A stretch of 64,000 bases of DNA from Octopus bimaculoides (GCF_001194135.2 NC_068985.1:64008147-64072146); one strand, 5' to 3'; shown: positions 1-11,921, numbered from the stretch's first letter. Program-made: numbers and translations. Notes: a model not told the origin generated them from the letters alone.

Positions 1-617
1 GTGCGGGTGGTACATAAAATACACCATTTTGAGCGTGGCCATTGCTAGTACCGCCTGACTGGCCTTCGTGCCAATGGCACATAAAAGCACCCACTACACT
101 CTCTGAGTGGTTGGCGTTAGGAAGGGTATCCAGCTGTAGAAACTCTGCCAAATGCTGTGCGTGAGAAGACCCGGCAAGCCAAGTGAGAACTAAATCTAAT
201 GCCTCAGCCAGTCCATTTATGCATACCTTCCTTCATTAGACACTAAACTCCACTTGCGAAGACCTGTTGAGGCAAGTGAAATCGAAATCGAGGTAAATTC
301 GACGACTGGCACCCATGCCAATGTCGTCTCCTTCATTGGACACGAAACTCAGCGTGCAAAGATTTATTGGGGAAAGTGAAATCGTGAAGGCACCTGTGCC
401 CAGCGTCACCTTTCTGGCACTTGTGCCCACGGCATGTGTAAGGATTTTCGAGCGAGATCGTTGCCAGTGCTCCTGGACTGGCTCTTGTGNNNNNNNNNNG
501 TAAGGATTTTCGAGCGAGATCGTTGCCAGTGCTCCTGGACTGGCTCTTGTGCAGGTGGCACATAAAAATACACCATTTTGAGCGTGGCCGTTGCTAGTAC
601 CGCCTGACTGGCCTTCG
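1..617 (+). mobile_element. Head-to-tail repeats of an RTE LINE 3' end (ORF tail plus 3'UTR)
   Basis: Matches the RTE 3'UTR at 55020-55500 (ttcattggacactaaactccacttgcgaagacc..., cataaaatacaccattttgagcg...). Junction ctctgccaaat|gctgtgcgtgagaagac at about 153. Confidence 0.85.
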
Positions 618-1152
618 TGAAGGATGTCCCAAATCAAGTGATTTGGGACATCCTTCAAGTAAACACAAGCAATATACCTCGGACACAATATGGCATATAT
701 CCACCTCTGCTATTTCAGCCTTTGCTGCAGCAACTATCTCCGGAAAATTCCCACAAGGAATATTCTACACGAATACTTACTACTGGAATGAAACTACACT
801 CCAAGTACTGTTCTTTCTTTCTTTTTTCAGAGCATCACACTCACTCTCACTTCATACTATAACTCTCCGCTTATGGATATAATCGATTCCTTTACTATTT
901 CTGTCTCCGATGAAGGGATGCATTGGAAATTCCCTGAAACAGCTGTAAGACTCTATCCATAAAATATATTTCCAACTTTACCAGTGCTCTCTTTATCCTT
1001 TTATATATTTATACATACACACGCTAATACACGACTTATAATCCCCAATCTTGTTCATACAACGACTGGGGCATAACTAGTCGGTATACAGCACTTACTC
1101 GGTATTACCTGTATTTTTTGGGTTTGGTTAAATTCAATACCCTCCTCAACCT
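618..1152 (+). mobile_element. 3'-terminal / pseudo-LTR segment of Penelope-like family B
   Basis: Colinear homology to 48100-48600, the 3' end of the GIY-YIG-bearing copy. Contains the same hammerhead motif and ends in (TA)n. Confidence 0.75.
903..951 (+). ncRNA. Minimal type I hammerhead-like ribozyme (CCGAUGA core variant)
   Basis: Stem I GTCT/AGAC, core CCGATGA, stem II AGGGA/TCCCT, GAAA, C-AGCT-G with a palindromic loop, GUA triplet at 945-947. Confidence 0.65.
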
Positions 1153-1171
1153 TATATATATATATACATAC

Positions 1172-1234
<63 letters not shown>

Positions 1235-3269
1235 TATACATATGAGATTAATGTTGTTTTAGCCGCTAGAAGATCCTTTATTAAATTTAATAACAAGATT
1301 TGGATTCGTAAGGATACCCTTGATGCATTTGATATACGTATGGGTAGCTCTGATGCAGCACAGATTGCTGATGTAGTATGTTCCTTCATACTTAATGAAA
1401 TGGGTGATCAATTCCCAAATATTAGAGGGGGTCTATATCGGGATGATTGTCTCTTATATCTCAGAAATAGCTCAAAGCAGCAGATACAAAGGGTGAAAAA
1501 TAGATTAGCTAGATCTTTTCATAGAATGGGAATGCATATAATTTTTGAAGATAACACATCTTTAGCTAATTTTTTAGATGTTACACTTGATCTACACAAT
1601 AAATCTTATAGGCCGTATCATAAACCGTCAACAAAACTTAAATACATTAGCAAATTTAGCAATCATCCCAAAGCAATAACAGATAATTTAGTTCATAATA
1701 TATGATTAAGATTATCTAACCTATCGGCAAATAATTTGGTTTTTGAGGATGAGGCAAAGTTTTATAACTCTGCCTTGTCTGAAGCAGGGTATAAACATAA
1801 GGTGTATTACATTAATCCAGATTCTGTTTCCTCTAAGGCAGATGTTAATTGTAGCAAAGTTAATTTTAACATTAATACTAATGATAATAATATTAACTTA
1901 GTAAGTAAGATCAAAGGTGGACCACAATGCCATGGTCGTGGATCTAACAAAGGTAGACTAAAGTTTTTTAAGAATAATAGTGAAAGTTATAATCCCAATA
2001 AAGAGGATAGTTTATGGTTCGTCATTCCATATGGGAAACAAATTAAATCAAATTTAGTTACATTATTCAGGAATGTAGTTAGTAAAAATTTTCCTAAAAA
2101 TTCGCATTACTCTAAAGTCATTAACGTGCATAAGGTAAGGTTTGGTTTTTCTAATACGAAAAATTTAACCCAAATTATCCCCACTCATAACTTAAAGCTA
2201 TTAACCTCTAATTCTATTCAAGATTCTATTGGCATAAATATAGATAACAATCTTAATACTCCAAGAGACATTGTTTTATATAATCTTCAAGTAAACAAGG
2301 ATAATAATAATAGTACCAATGTTAATAATAACAACATAATAGTAATATCTGAAGTTAATCCTAATAGAATTAGGTTCCTTAGTGAAAATGCAAAAACTAA
2401 GAATACTGTATATAGGTGTAATATTTTAACTAAAAAGAGGATTTGGAGTTATATTGGGACATCTTCACTTGAAATCTTGAAAAGAATTTCCAATCATTAT
2501 TCGACCTTTAGAGATAGGAATAAACAAAATAGCACGGCGCTTAGTAGTTTAATTTGGCAATTGAAAGACGAGAAAAAATACTACTCTCTGGAATGGTCAA
2601 TTATAGGTAAGTCGTTTCCGTACGACAAGGGTAAAGATTGCTGTTCATTATGTAACTTGGAGTTATTTTTCATACTTTTTTCCAAGGGTGACCTAATTAA
2701 TAAAATTACATTTAAGGCTTTCAGATGCTTGCATATGAATAGACATACATTTTCGTTCTATGAATAAGAATTATTAATATATTTTACTTGGGTTAGGATT
2801 ACTGCATAGCTTAACTTCAGTTTAATTTGATTTTGCCTTAACCAAATACAGCAATATTATACTAAATGACCTCAGATTTAATATGATGTAGTGTTATAAT
2901 AGAATGAGTTTTTTACTCATAGTTAATTGTAGTTTCCCCTTTATAAATGTGTTTTGTGTAGAAAATATTGGAAATTTTCCTTAATTGCTGGTTATTTCCA
3001 TATAATCCATCTAATATGATTTTTTATTAGGGTATGGTAAATCTTAGGTCCAGTTTTTAAAGGGTTTATATCTGAATATAAATCAATTCAATTCATTTAT
3101 CCATTTAATAACTTATATTCTATAATCTTATATTATTTTTGATTCTGTATCCTTTATTGGCTTTTAGTAGATTATAACCTTCGTTTTTTAATTTTCTATT
3201 TGAATTAACATCATATTGCAACATAATCTAATTTTTTCTGAAGAATTTTGTTTCCCTAATAACACACAC

Positions 3270-3347
3270 GCACACACACACACACACATATATATATAAG
3301 TATGTGTATGTGTGTAGGTGTGTATATATTTATTTATATATATATGA

Positions 3348-3427
<80 letters not shown>

Positions 3428-3528
3428 GTGTGTATATGTGTATATATGTATATATATGTATGTATATGAGTGTGTGTGTATGTATATATATCTGTATGGA
3501 TGTGTATGTATATATATGTGTGTGTATG

Positions 3529-3571
<43 letters not shown>

Positions 3572-3620
3572 ATATATATATATATTTATGTGTATATATA
3601 TATGTATGTGTATGTGTGTA
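3270..3620. repeat. Compound (CA)/(TA)/(TG) microsatellite
   Basis: Direct reading. Confidence 0.95.
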
Positions 3621-3624
3621 TGTG

Positions 3625-3907
3625 TTATTTCTTTACTACCCACAAGGGGCTACACACAGAGGGGACGAACAAGGACAGACAAACGGATTAAATCGATTAT
3701 ATCGACCCCAGTGCGTAACTGGTACTTATTTAATCGACCCCGAAAGGATGAANNNNNNNNNNGCGTAACTGGTACTTATTTAATCGACCCCGAAAGGATG
3801 AAAGGCAAAGTCGACCTCGGCGGAATTTGAACTCAGAACGTAGCGGGCAGACGAAATACCGCTAAGCATTTCGCCCGGTGTGCTAACGGTTCTGCCAGCT
3901 CGCCGCC
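3625..3907 (-). mobile_element. tRNA-derived SINE (family 1)
   Basis: Minus strand begins GGCGGCGAGCTGGCAGAACCGTTAG (A-box-like) and has GAGTTCAAATTCC (B-box). The body gtcgacctcggcgga...atcgaccccgaaaggatgaaag recurs many times in the window. Confidence 0.8.
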
Positions 3908-5899
3908 GTATGTGTGTATGCGTATATATATATTTATATGTGTGTGTATCTGTATATATATGTATATATACATGTGTGTACATGTATATATTTTTTTTTT
4001 TGTTTATTTTAAATGGTGTATTAAGATTAGATTATTTGGGTGCTAGTTGAGTGTATGTCTATTCAACATATTTTGCATCTTAAAACTTATCATCCTTTAT
4101 GTATATTGATTAAATATCCATTATTGGTCTCTTCATGATTATAGTGAATTTTTTTTTAAAAATAATCTTAGTGCTTACAATATTGTCATAGGTTTATTAG
4201 CATAGACTAAGTAGTTTAGATTCCTCTATAAACAATCCCATATACTATTTTGCTATGTTATAATGTGTAATTTAGTTTGAATTCATATGATTACATATTG
4301 AGGATATCTTAAATTCATGTATTTGGTATAATTATATTTTTAAAAGTATCCTTTGTTATCAAGATTACATATCATTTATGTTGCTCTTGAAATTGGTTTT
4401 TTTATATATAAAAATGTTTTTTGATAAGTCATAATCAATTTAATATTTTGCTCTGGTTTTTTTTAAATCTCTATATATACTCACATTTATGAAAGAGCTA
4501 GATTTACCTCCCCTTGACCATCAATATGAAAATAGTATTTATCGCCAGTTTGTCAAGGCATAATATCTTTCTCTTATAATATAACTAGCTTTATATGTAT
4601 TGTCTGTTTTTTTTTTTAATATATATTGTGATATTATTTAGTGTTCTTACTTACTACTTTATTTAATAGTAATCACTAAATTTGTAAATCATAATTTTAT
4701 TTGGGGATTTTTTGAGATGTGACCGGTTTTTTTGTTTACGGTCTCTGCGCTAACGTAGTAATCAATAAATCTGTCTAATTTTCTTCGGTATATTTAACTT
4801 TATCACTTAGCTAATTAACTTTATTCTTTTGTAACTTGTTAACTATAATTTGAATGTATTCTAATGTAGATATTTTATTCTCTATAACCTAGCAGGCTTG
4901 AATAACCATATATGGCTTTTTACTTATAAATACTAAATTAATATAAGGCTTTTTTAGATTATGTATACTTAAGTTGTTTATTGAGTATATTATATATAAG
5001 CATTACTTATTAGATATACTTCTATTTGACCAGGTACTTGTATTTAAAATGTATTTTTTAAATATCTAACTGTTTTTTTCTTTGGTCTGTATTTTGTATT
5101 TATAACTCCAACGGTCCTTTTCAAAATGTACAGCGTTCCATATTGGTTCATTACCGAACTTCATAGTTTAACATCATAAATTTGAATCATTTGCTTGATA
5201 TGTTTCATGGTTTCAACACTGTTATCATGTACGGTTGTATTACATCTCATGTCTTTTCAACTTGTTTTTTTGCATGTTTTTATAGGTCAAATAAAAATGT
5301 TGTATATGAATGTTATCTATTTTTATTGTCTGCCTGCTACTAATAAGGCACTGAGGAGATGCAGTATCCCATATTTTATAATATGCATGAATCAATCTGG
5401 ATATTGCATCGAAATGTTCTGCACCGTGAGGACCAAAGACTTGAGGTATTATTATGGGGTGTGTTCCTAAAGTCAACCAGAAATGTTGAACTGTTGAGAA
5501 ATTTTTTTAACTTGTGTCTTATATCTATTGTTCAAATTTCTTTGAAATCGCAAATATATGAATGTTCACTGGGTTTGTAAAAGAAAGCAAAGTTAGAGGA
5601 AACCAAAAGATGAATGATCACAACAAGCAGTCAGCTACCCTACCCTGGTCGTTACCACTCCTCAATGTAGGATTCTTCACCATACAGGTGACCAGCACAG
5701 CCGTAAGATGCATTACAGATCTATAGCAATTGGAAGGGTATGACACAACTCAAATAAACATTAACAATTCTGTGACATGAGAGCTAAGGGGATATGAAAT
5801 TGTCACCTCTGGAGTTTGCCAATGATCACTATGCTGATAGGTAATTGAAAAAACAAATTTGCAACCTATAAATCTCTTTGAATGACTAATCACTTATCT

Positions 5900-6200
5900 G
5901 GAAAGGCCTTGATATCAATGTTACCATCTGGGGACTATCTCTGACCTAGTGATAATAAAAAAGACTCAAAGGAGGTCTGCAACCAAATAACTTTATTCAA
6001 AATAATACTTTGCAACTGAATCAGTGGAGGCAAAGATGCCTCTCCTTTACTTGACAATTTATGCACCACATTGCAGAAATCACAATCTAAGTATATCTGA
6101 AAGCAAACTCTTACACTGTTGTACCATTGAATTACAAATAACACTCATCTTGTATCCTTGGGTGACTCTACAAATTCCAAGACTACAATTGTATATGTCT
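5900..6200 (+). mobile_element. Possible ancient LINE C-terminal remnant (zinc-knuckle region)
   Basis: Degenerate translations NQITLFKIILCN and PHCRNHNLSISES..LHCC resemble the CxxC...E...H...C knuckle at the end of L1/Tx1-type ORF2. Weak. Confidence 0.3.
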
Positions 6201-6214
6201 TGGCTTAGGAAAAA

Positions 6215-7050
6215 TGACTAAATTGTGGTTGTTAAGCCCCCATTAAAGGGTCTTACTAACCTCCTAAGAAGTTGAAATTTTAGGAATATTACTTCATTCG
6301 TGTCTAATCTCTATGGTTAAAATTTCATCAACAGCAAAACTATATGAATTTTCATGGGGGTTATGGCCTCATTTATGCCCCCTCACTTTCAAACATATAC
6401 TGCATTACATCCACCCTTATGCATAGAATATAATTTCCAAATTTCCTAAAGATCCATTCAGTACTTTTGAGCTAGTTTTGGATCATTAAAAATTACTAAA
6501 ATTTGAGAGTTAAGGCCCCCATTAGGAGGTCTTAGAATCTTCATGAGAAGTGGAAACTTTGGGAATACTTCTTGATTTGTGTCAATTACTTATGGTTAAA
6601 ATTTCATCAACATTGGAAATTTATAAATTTTCATGGCGGGGTTTAAGCACCCTCAAATTCAAACCAAACATACTGCATTATACCCACCCTTATCCATTGA
6701 ACCTAAGTTCCAAATATCATAAGGATCCGTTCAGTAATTTTGGTCCATGAAAAATAACTAAAATTTGGGGGTTAAACCTTAATTTGGTGGGGGTCTTAGA
6801 ATCATCCAAAGAAACGGAAATTTTGGGTGTATTTTTAAATTTATTTCTAATACATATAGTTCAAATTTCATCAAAATCCGAAGCATATGAATTTTCACTG
6901 GGAGTTCTACCCACCTTTACGCCCCCTCAAAATTTGCATGAAACATGTGGCATTACCTTTCTCCTTAAGCTTGGATTTTGTGTTCCAAATTTCATTAGGA
7001 TTGGTCCAGTATTTTTTGAGTCTATAAGTAACACGCGAACACACAGACAT
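6215..7050 (+). repeat. Non-autonomous element with three ~270-bp internal tandem units
   Basis: Units start near 6225, 6505 and 6765 (gggttaag.cccc...ggtctta...aaaatttcatcaa...atgaattttca). A related unit lies at about 5455-5578. Ends acacacagacattgacttttatataataga. Confidence 0.55.
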
Positions 7051-7229
7051 TGACTTTTATATAATAGACGTATGTATATTTTATATATATATATTTTCTT
7101 ATACTTGTTTTATTCACTCCAATCATTGTATTTCACTATGGAAGTATTTGATCAAAAAGAACATGGTAAGATGGGCAAATTGATTGGCCTCGTGAATATG
7201 TGTGTGATTCCTTTCTATTGGATTTTCCT

Positions 7230-7264
7230 GTTTCTGAAGAAGAGCATTGCTCGAAATGTTAAAT
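7230..7264 (+). ncRNA. Ultra-minimal hammerhead-like motif (decayed)
   Basis: GTTT-CTGAAGA-A-GAGC(ATT)GCTC-GAAA-T-GTT-AAAT. Stem III is absent, so only a dimeric fold is possible. Confidence 0.45.
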
Positions 7265-7389
7265 CATCTTTCTTTCCTTCCCTGAGCATCTGCTAATACT
7301 TTCCATGTACCACGTCCTTACATTGTTGGTTTTTTTTTTTGTGTTTGTTCTTTCTTTTTTTTATTTACTATATTCATACTAATTATAGT

Positions 7390-7451
7390 AAATCTCACTG
7401 ATGAGGGCTAAGTATTAATTACAGAGCCTGAAATTGATCGATATGGGATTT
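7390..7451 (+). ncRNA. Type I hammerhead ribozyme fold
   Basis: Stem I AAATCTCA/TGGGATTT, core CTGATGA, stem II GGGCT/AGCCT, GAAA, stem III TT-GATC-GA with a palindromic loop, AUA triplet at 7441-7443. Confidence 0.7.
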
Positions 7452-7454
7452 GGG

Positions 7455-7633
7455 GGAAAGGTGCAAGTTGATTATATCAATCCCAGTGTCCAACTGGTAC
7501 TTTTTTTATTGACCCTGAAAGGATGAAATGTAAAGTCGACCCCAGTAACATTTGAACTCGGAACATAAAGTCGGAACAAATGCCACAAAATATTTTTTCC
7601 AGTGTAGTGATGGCTCTGCCAGTTCACTACCTT
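7455..7633 (-). mobile_element. tRNA-derived SINE (family 1), diverged
   Basis: attgaccctgaaaggatgaaatgtaaagtcgacc...tttgaactc...ctctgccagttcactacc. Confidence 0.75.
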
Positions 7634-7854
7634 AGTTTAATAACTACTAACAAGTTCTTTTGTTTTGTTTTCCTTTTCTAGTTACATTTCCAATAATGTT
7701 CAAGTTAATTTTCCAATGAAATTTCCTCTAAATATTGTAGCAAGAATAATTTCAAGGAAGTATGAAAAATAGACAGGCTGATAAACTTTAATAATATCAT
7801 TGTAGCTAACTTTCAACCATTTGGATAAAAACAATCATCATTTTACACTTATTT

Positions 7855-8860
7855 TACCTTGTGGTATGGGTGGGAAGAGGGCCTAGCTTTGGGTTCACCA
7901 TTATCACAAGCAATGGCAAACATATACATAGAATACTTTGAGAACATGGCTCTAGAATCAACACCACAAAACCAAACCTATGGCTATGATACATTGATGA
8001 CACCTTCACACTCTGGCCCCATCAGGAAGATGTCCAAGTACAGCTGGATTATGTGAATTCAATAAGACCATCCATACAGTTCGCAATGGAAAGAGAAAAG
8101 GACAATCAGCTGGCATTCCTGGATGTACTATTAACTTGCACAGAGCATAGGTTCAAGACATCTGTATACGATAAGCCAACCATCACAGGATAGTACCTCA
8201 ACTTCAATTTCCACCACCCACATAGTATAAAGAGAAGGATTGCTCATTGCCTACAACATCAAGCAAAGACTATAAGAAGCAATCCTGACATGTACCACCA
8301 AGAAATGATCTGGTGTAACTATTCACCCCAGCTATGTAACTATCCCTAGGTAACTATCCACCCCAGCTAGGAGGAGAGAAACAGATGAAACCCAAGAAAA
8401 AATCTGCCACAGTATGTCTACCCTATGTCAGAGGACTCTCAGAAAAGATACAAAAGACATGTGGTCCATAGGATATCGGGATTCAGAAGTAATTTGACAC
8501 TTTGTTGACATCTCTTCCAAGTGAAGTTCTCCATAGAAAAGAATATGACCAAAGACTGTGTGCATTTCATCCAATGCAGCTGTGGTAAGGTATACAGAGG
8601 AGAAACATGCCACCCCTTAAAATAAGTATAGATGCACATAGGAAAGTCATGACATAAGAGGGTATTAAAAAGTCAGGTATAGCTAATCACATATGGAAAA
8701 ATAGAGACCACCAACCACTGTGGGACGAGGTCAAAATAGTAGAGAGTACCACTGGAAAATTAGAAAACTGAAGGAAGCAATACATGTGCTAGGACATAAC
8801 AACCTCCTGAGCAGGCCAAGTGTAGAGATGAATACAATATGGGAAGCAATAATTAAGAAA
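7855..8860 (+). pseudogene. Decayed Penelope/Poseidon-type retroelement ORF (RT plus GIY-YIG)
   Basis: Fragments GLALGSPLSQAMANIY, YIDDTF, QFAMEREKDNQLAFLDVLL, VYDKPTITG*YLNFNFHHP and VHFIQCSCGKVYRGET, broken by stops and frameshifts. Confidence 0.8.
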
Positions 8861-9390
8861 GGACAGACTTCCACAATAGACATCAGGTTTATGCCTTAAG
8901 AATTCACTCTGTAACTGCCTACAGGCATAGTGTAGTTGATAAAGACATTGGTTATTGCAGTGCAATCACCTAGAGGTTTTGAGTTCAATCCCTGGCAATG
9001 TACTAAGGCAATTCACATAATTCAACTGAAGCAAAAAATATCATGAAACAGAGAGAGCAGAATGAGAACAATGTACCCTAGTAGATCAAATAATGGGTTA
9101 GGTTTGAACAAACTGAGTTCAGCACAAGACAACTGAAGAAGGTTGGAGTATACAACAACCAAAACATAGTGAAAGTAACAACCAAGATGACACCAGTCAA
9201 AAACTATATACATAATATAAATTCCAAAACTATATACATAATATAAATTCCACATCTCAGTAACACAGCTATTATCTGTCAGTACTTAGAATCCTCATTA
9301 TAAGCTAACAGATTACTTCTGTCACAAATATAAACCCACTACAAAACCATTCATGTGAACACAGTTGAAAATTCTCTCCACTATATTTTG

Positions 9391-9410
9391 ACTTACCTGA
9401 AATTAAAGAA
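9391..9410 (-). other. Candidate recursive splice site (ratchet point) TTCTTTAATTTCAG|GTAAGT
   Basis: Plus strand acttacctgaaattaaagaa. The 3' splice site abuts a perfect 5' splice site; junction 9397/9396; sense to SBF; not inside a recognisable repeat. Confidence 0.65.
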
Positions 9411-10278
9411 CACTGTATTTACACAAGTACAACATGAGTCATATACAGACATTTTGTATTTAAAAATTAGTAACACTTTTAACATGTTACCTATATCTTT
9501 ATACCCAAGATTTCTTGCCATATACACAAGTATATACAGTAAACAGTACATAAGAATGCTTTTTGCTGAACTGTACCTACTAAACATCTTTACATCTTAA
9601 ACTGAAGCATTCTCCTGGATAACTGAATCTTCAACATTCTCACCAATGCACATTCCTCTGTTAAACCAGGTAAACATAGCTCTGAGCTAAAACCTCAAAA
9701 TACCATAAAAATATGTACTGAACCCACATTGTATAATCTCTTTGCCCATCAGATGTTCTCAAACATCAACTAATGAGCAACTGGAATCATCTAATGATGG
9801 TGATGATACTAACAGACAAAAACCATCAAAAACACAAATATTCAAAGAAAGTAAGTAAATGGAATTTTAAAAGATCTAACCTAATTTATGAAGAGTTGAT
9901 TTCAACAAATTCTTGCTAAACCATCCCACCCACCAAACATGCACACTTTTGCCTTTAAAATTTTATAGTAATCAATGGTGACTCATCCTCCTATCAAATG
10001 TTACAGATTTAACACTTAGTGGTGTTCAGCTGTTTAAAAGGAGTTTTACTATTTATAAAGGAAAGGCAGCAGGAAATGGTATGTATACTTTTTAATACTA
10101 AGATTACATATCCCAAATCCTCACAGGAGTTTGGTGAACATAAAAATGTTAGTCACTATAGCACTGGCATTTAAAATTTTAAATAGATTACTAAGTTTTC
10201 TGAGAATATATATATACACATATATATGATACAAGAGAGAATCACTGAAAGTGTAACTAAACATACATAATAATAGTA

Positions 10279-11504
10279 TTGGGTTGGCAACCAAGTTCCC
10301 GCGGTCTTTTTTAAATTTAAATTTTAAAAAAAGTTTAATAAAAATAACAACTAATTAATCAATAATGTATTCACCCTTGTTGTTTACAACTTCTTCCCAA
10401 CGTTCAACAAGATCTTTAATACTCGTTGGTAGAAATCACCCGATTTCGTCTCGAAAAATTGATCCAAACAAGCTCTCAATTCTGCATCAGTATTGAACAA
10501 AACTCTGCGCATAGCATTTGAAAGAGATCGAAAGAGGTGGAAATCCGTTGGTGCCAAATCAGGAGAGTACGGCGGGTGTGGCAGCACTTGCCAGCTATGT
10601 GTTTGGATGGCTTCCTTGGTTATATTGGCAATATGAAGGTGGGCGTTGTCGTGTAGCAGAACTCCATGCTGCCGATTAGGTCTTTTCTCTTGAATAGCCA
10701 TGTTGAGATGTTCCATCTGTTGAACATAGAGTTCCGCATTGACCGGTTGGTTCCATTCAAGCAATTCATAATGGATAATCCCTTCCCAGTCCCACCATAC
10801 GCACAAAGATCTTGTTTCATGTGCGGTGTTGCCTGTTTACTGGGGGCTAAGCCATTCCTTACGCTGCTTCATATTGATGTACAAGCACCATTTTTCATCA
10901 CCAGTAATGATTCAGTAAAGAAATCGTTGCTTGTGTCCATGAGTTGAGCAGTGACAAGCAAGCAAACTAGTGGAGTTTGTGGCTCGTTGATTTTTGTTGT
11001 TGTCACTTAAAGCATGCAGAACCCATGCTCCACGCTTCTGAACCTTTCCCATCTATTGAAGATGCTTCTCTATAGCAGCATGGGAGCATTCCATTTTCTC
11101 TGCCAGTTCCCTTGTCGTTTGACGAGAATTTTCATACAAAAGTTGGTTTAATTGCTCTTCATTGAACTCAACTGGACAGCCAAAACGAGGTGTGTCTTTG
11201 AGGTCAAAATTTCCATTTTTGAACTCGGCATACCAATCACAAGTAGCTCTTTCAGCTATGGCACCCTCTCCATACACAGCACAAATGTCGTGAGCAGCTT
11301 TTGCGGCCTTAGAACCTTGATTAAAAACAAAACGAAAAAGGTGTCAAAAATGCCCGTTTTTCTTAACTTGGCATTCCATTTTAATGATCTGAAAATAAAC
11401 AAAAATTAACTAAAATTAACTAGAAAAAAAAATAGATTCCAAAATTTAAAAACGCAATAAATTCCAAATTTTAAAAAATGGCGGGAACTTAGTTGCCAAC
11501 CCAA
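10279..11504 (-). mobile_element. Mariner DNA transposon (DD34D), decayed
   Basis: 24-bp TIRs ttgggttggcaa(c/t)caagttcccgc-type with 1 mismatch, flanked by TA on both sides. ORF remnants W...FKNGNFDLKD.PR.G.P, CVWWD.EGIIHYELL, HDNA-(34 aa)-D with HPPYSPDLAPTDFHLF. Confidence 0.93.
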
Positions 11505-11886
11505 TATAATGTCACTGAAAACTAGTAGTAACAGAAAAGATATAAAACTGGTTTAGTGAATCAGGTATAAACTTAGGGCTTTGAATTTATACATTAATGG
11601 AAACATTTTATTGCATTTTGGAACAAAATAATAAAACTATTTTAGTTTACATCAACAGAGAATAGGTAGTATCTATATCAGTTGTGAAAAGAATTTATTT
11701 ATAAAAGACCAGCAGATTATCCAGGACATAAGTTGTCTTCATTTGCTTAACACTACATGAGTTAAACAAAATACACACACACAAATGCATATATATTTGT
11801 GTGTGTGTGTGTGTGTATTTATATACACACATGCATACAAATACATATACACACACACACATATGTATGCATTCATGTACATTTAT

Positions 11887-11921
<35 letters not shown>

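Larger units (their letters stand above)
1241..5300 (+). mobile_element. 5'-truncated Penelope-like element, family A copy 1 (RT plus C-terminal GIY-YIG, long AT-rich 3' trailer)
   Basis: One frame spans 1241-2767 with a single TGA at 1703-1705. RT motifs MGSSDAAQIAD, GLYRDD, FLDVTL, YHKP..KYI...SNHP; endonuclease TVYRC...SYIGTS; C-terminal CSLCNLE...RCLH. Starts within (TA)n. The 3' boundary is approximate. Confidence 0.85.

Noticed and set aside
440-545. Short exact duplications flanking small N gaps (also about 3715-3800, 40050-40190, 46868-46965, 58262-58520)
   Set aside because: Pattern of scaffolding overlap artefacts; not treated as real tandem duplications.
1703-1705. In-frame TGA in the PLE ORF as possible selenocysteine (as in some Naiad PLEs)
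   Set aside because: The paralogous copy has TCA (Ser) at this position and there is only one TGA, so it is a simple nonsense mutation.
3188-3830. Long YIYIYI/HTHT/VCVC ORFs (also near 11.7, 43.5, 50.1 and 57.6 kb)
   Set aside because: Translations of dinucleotide microsatellites, not genes.
3800-3907. tRNA gene candidates (A and B boxes)
   Set aside because: They are heads of multi-copy SINEs and do not form a complete cloverleaf.
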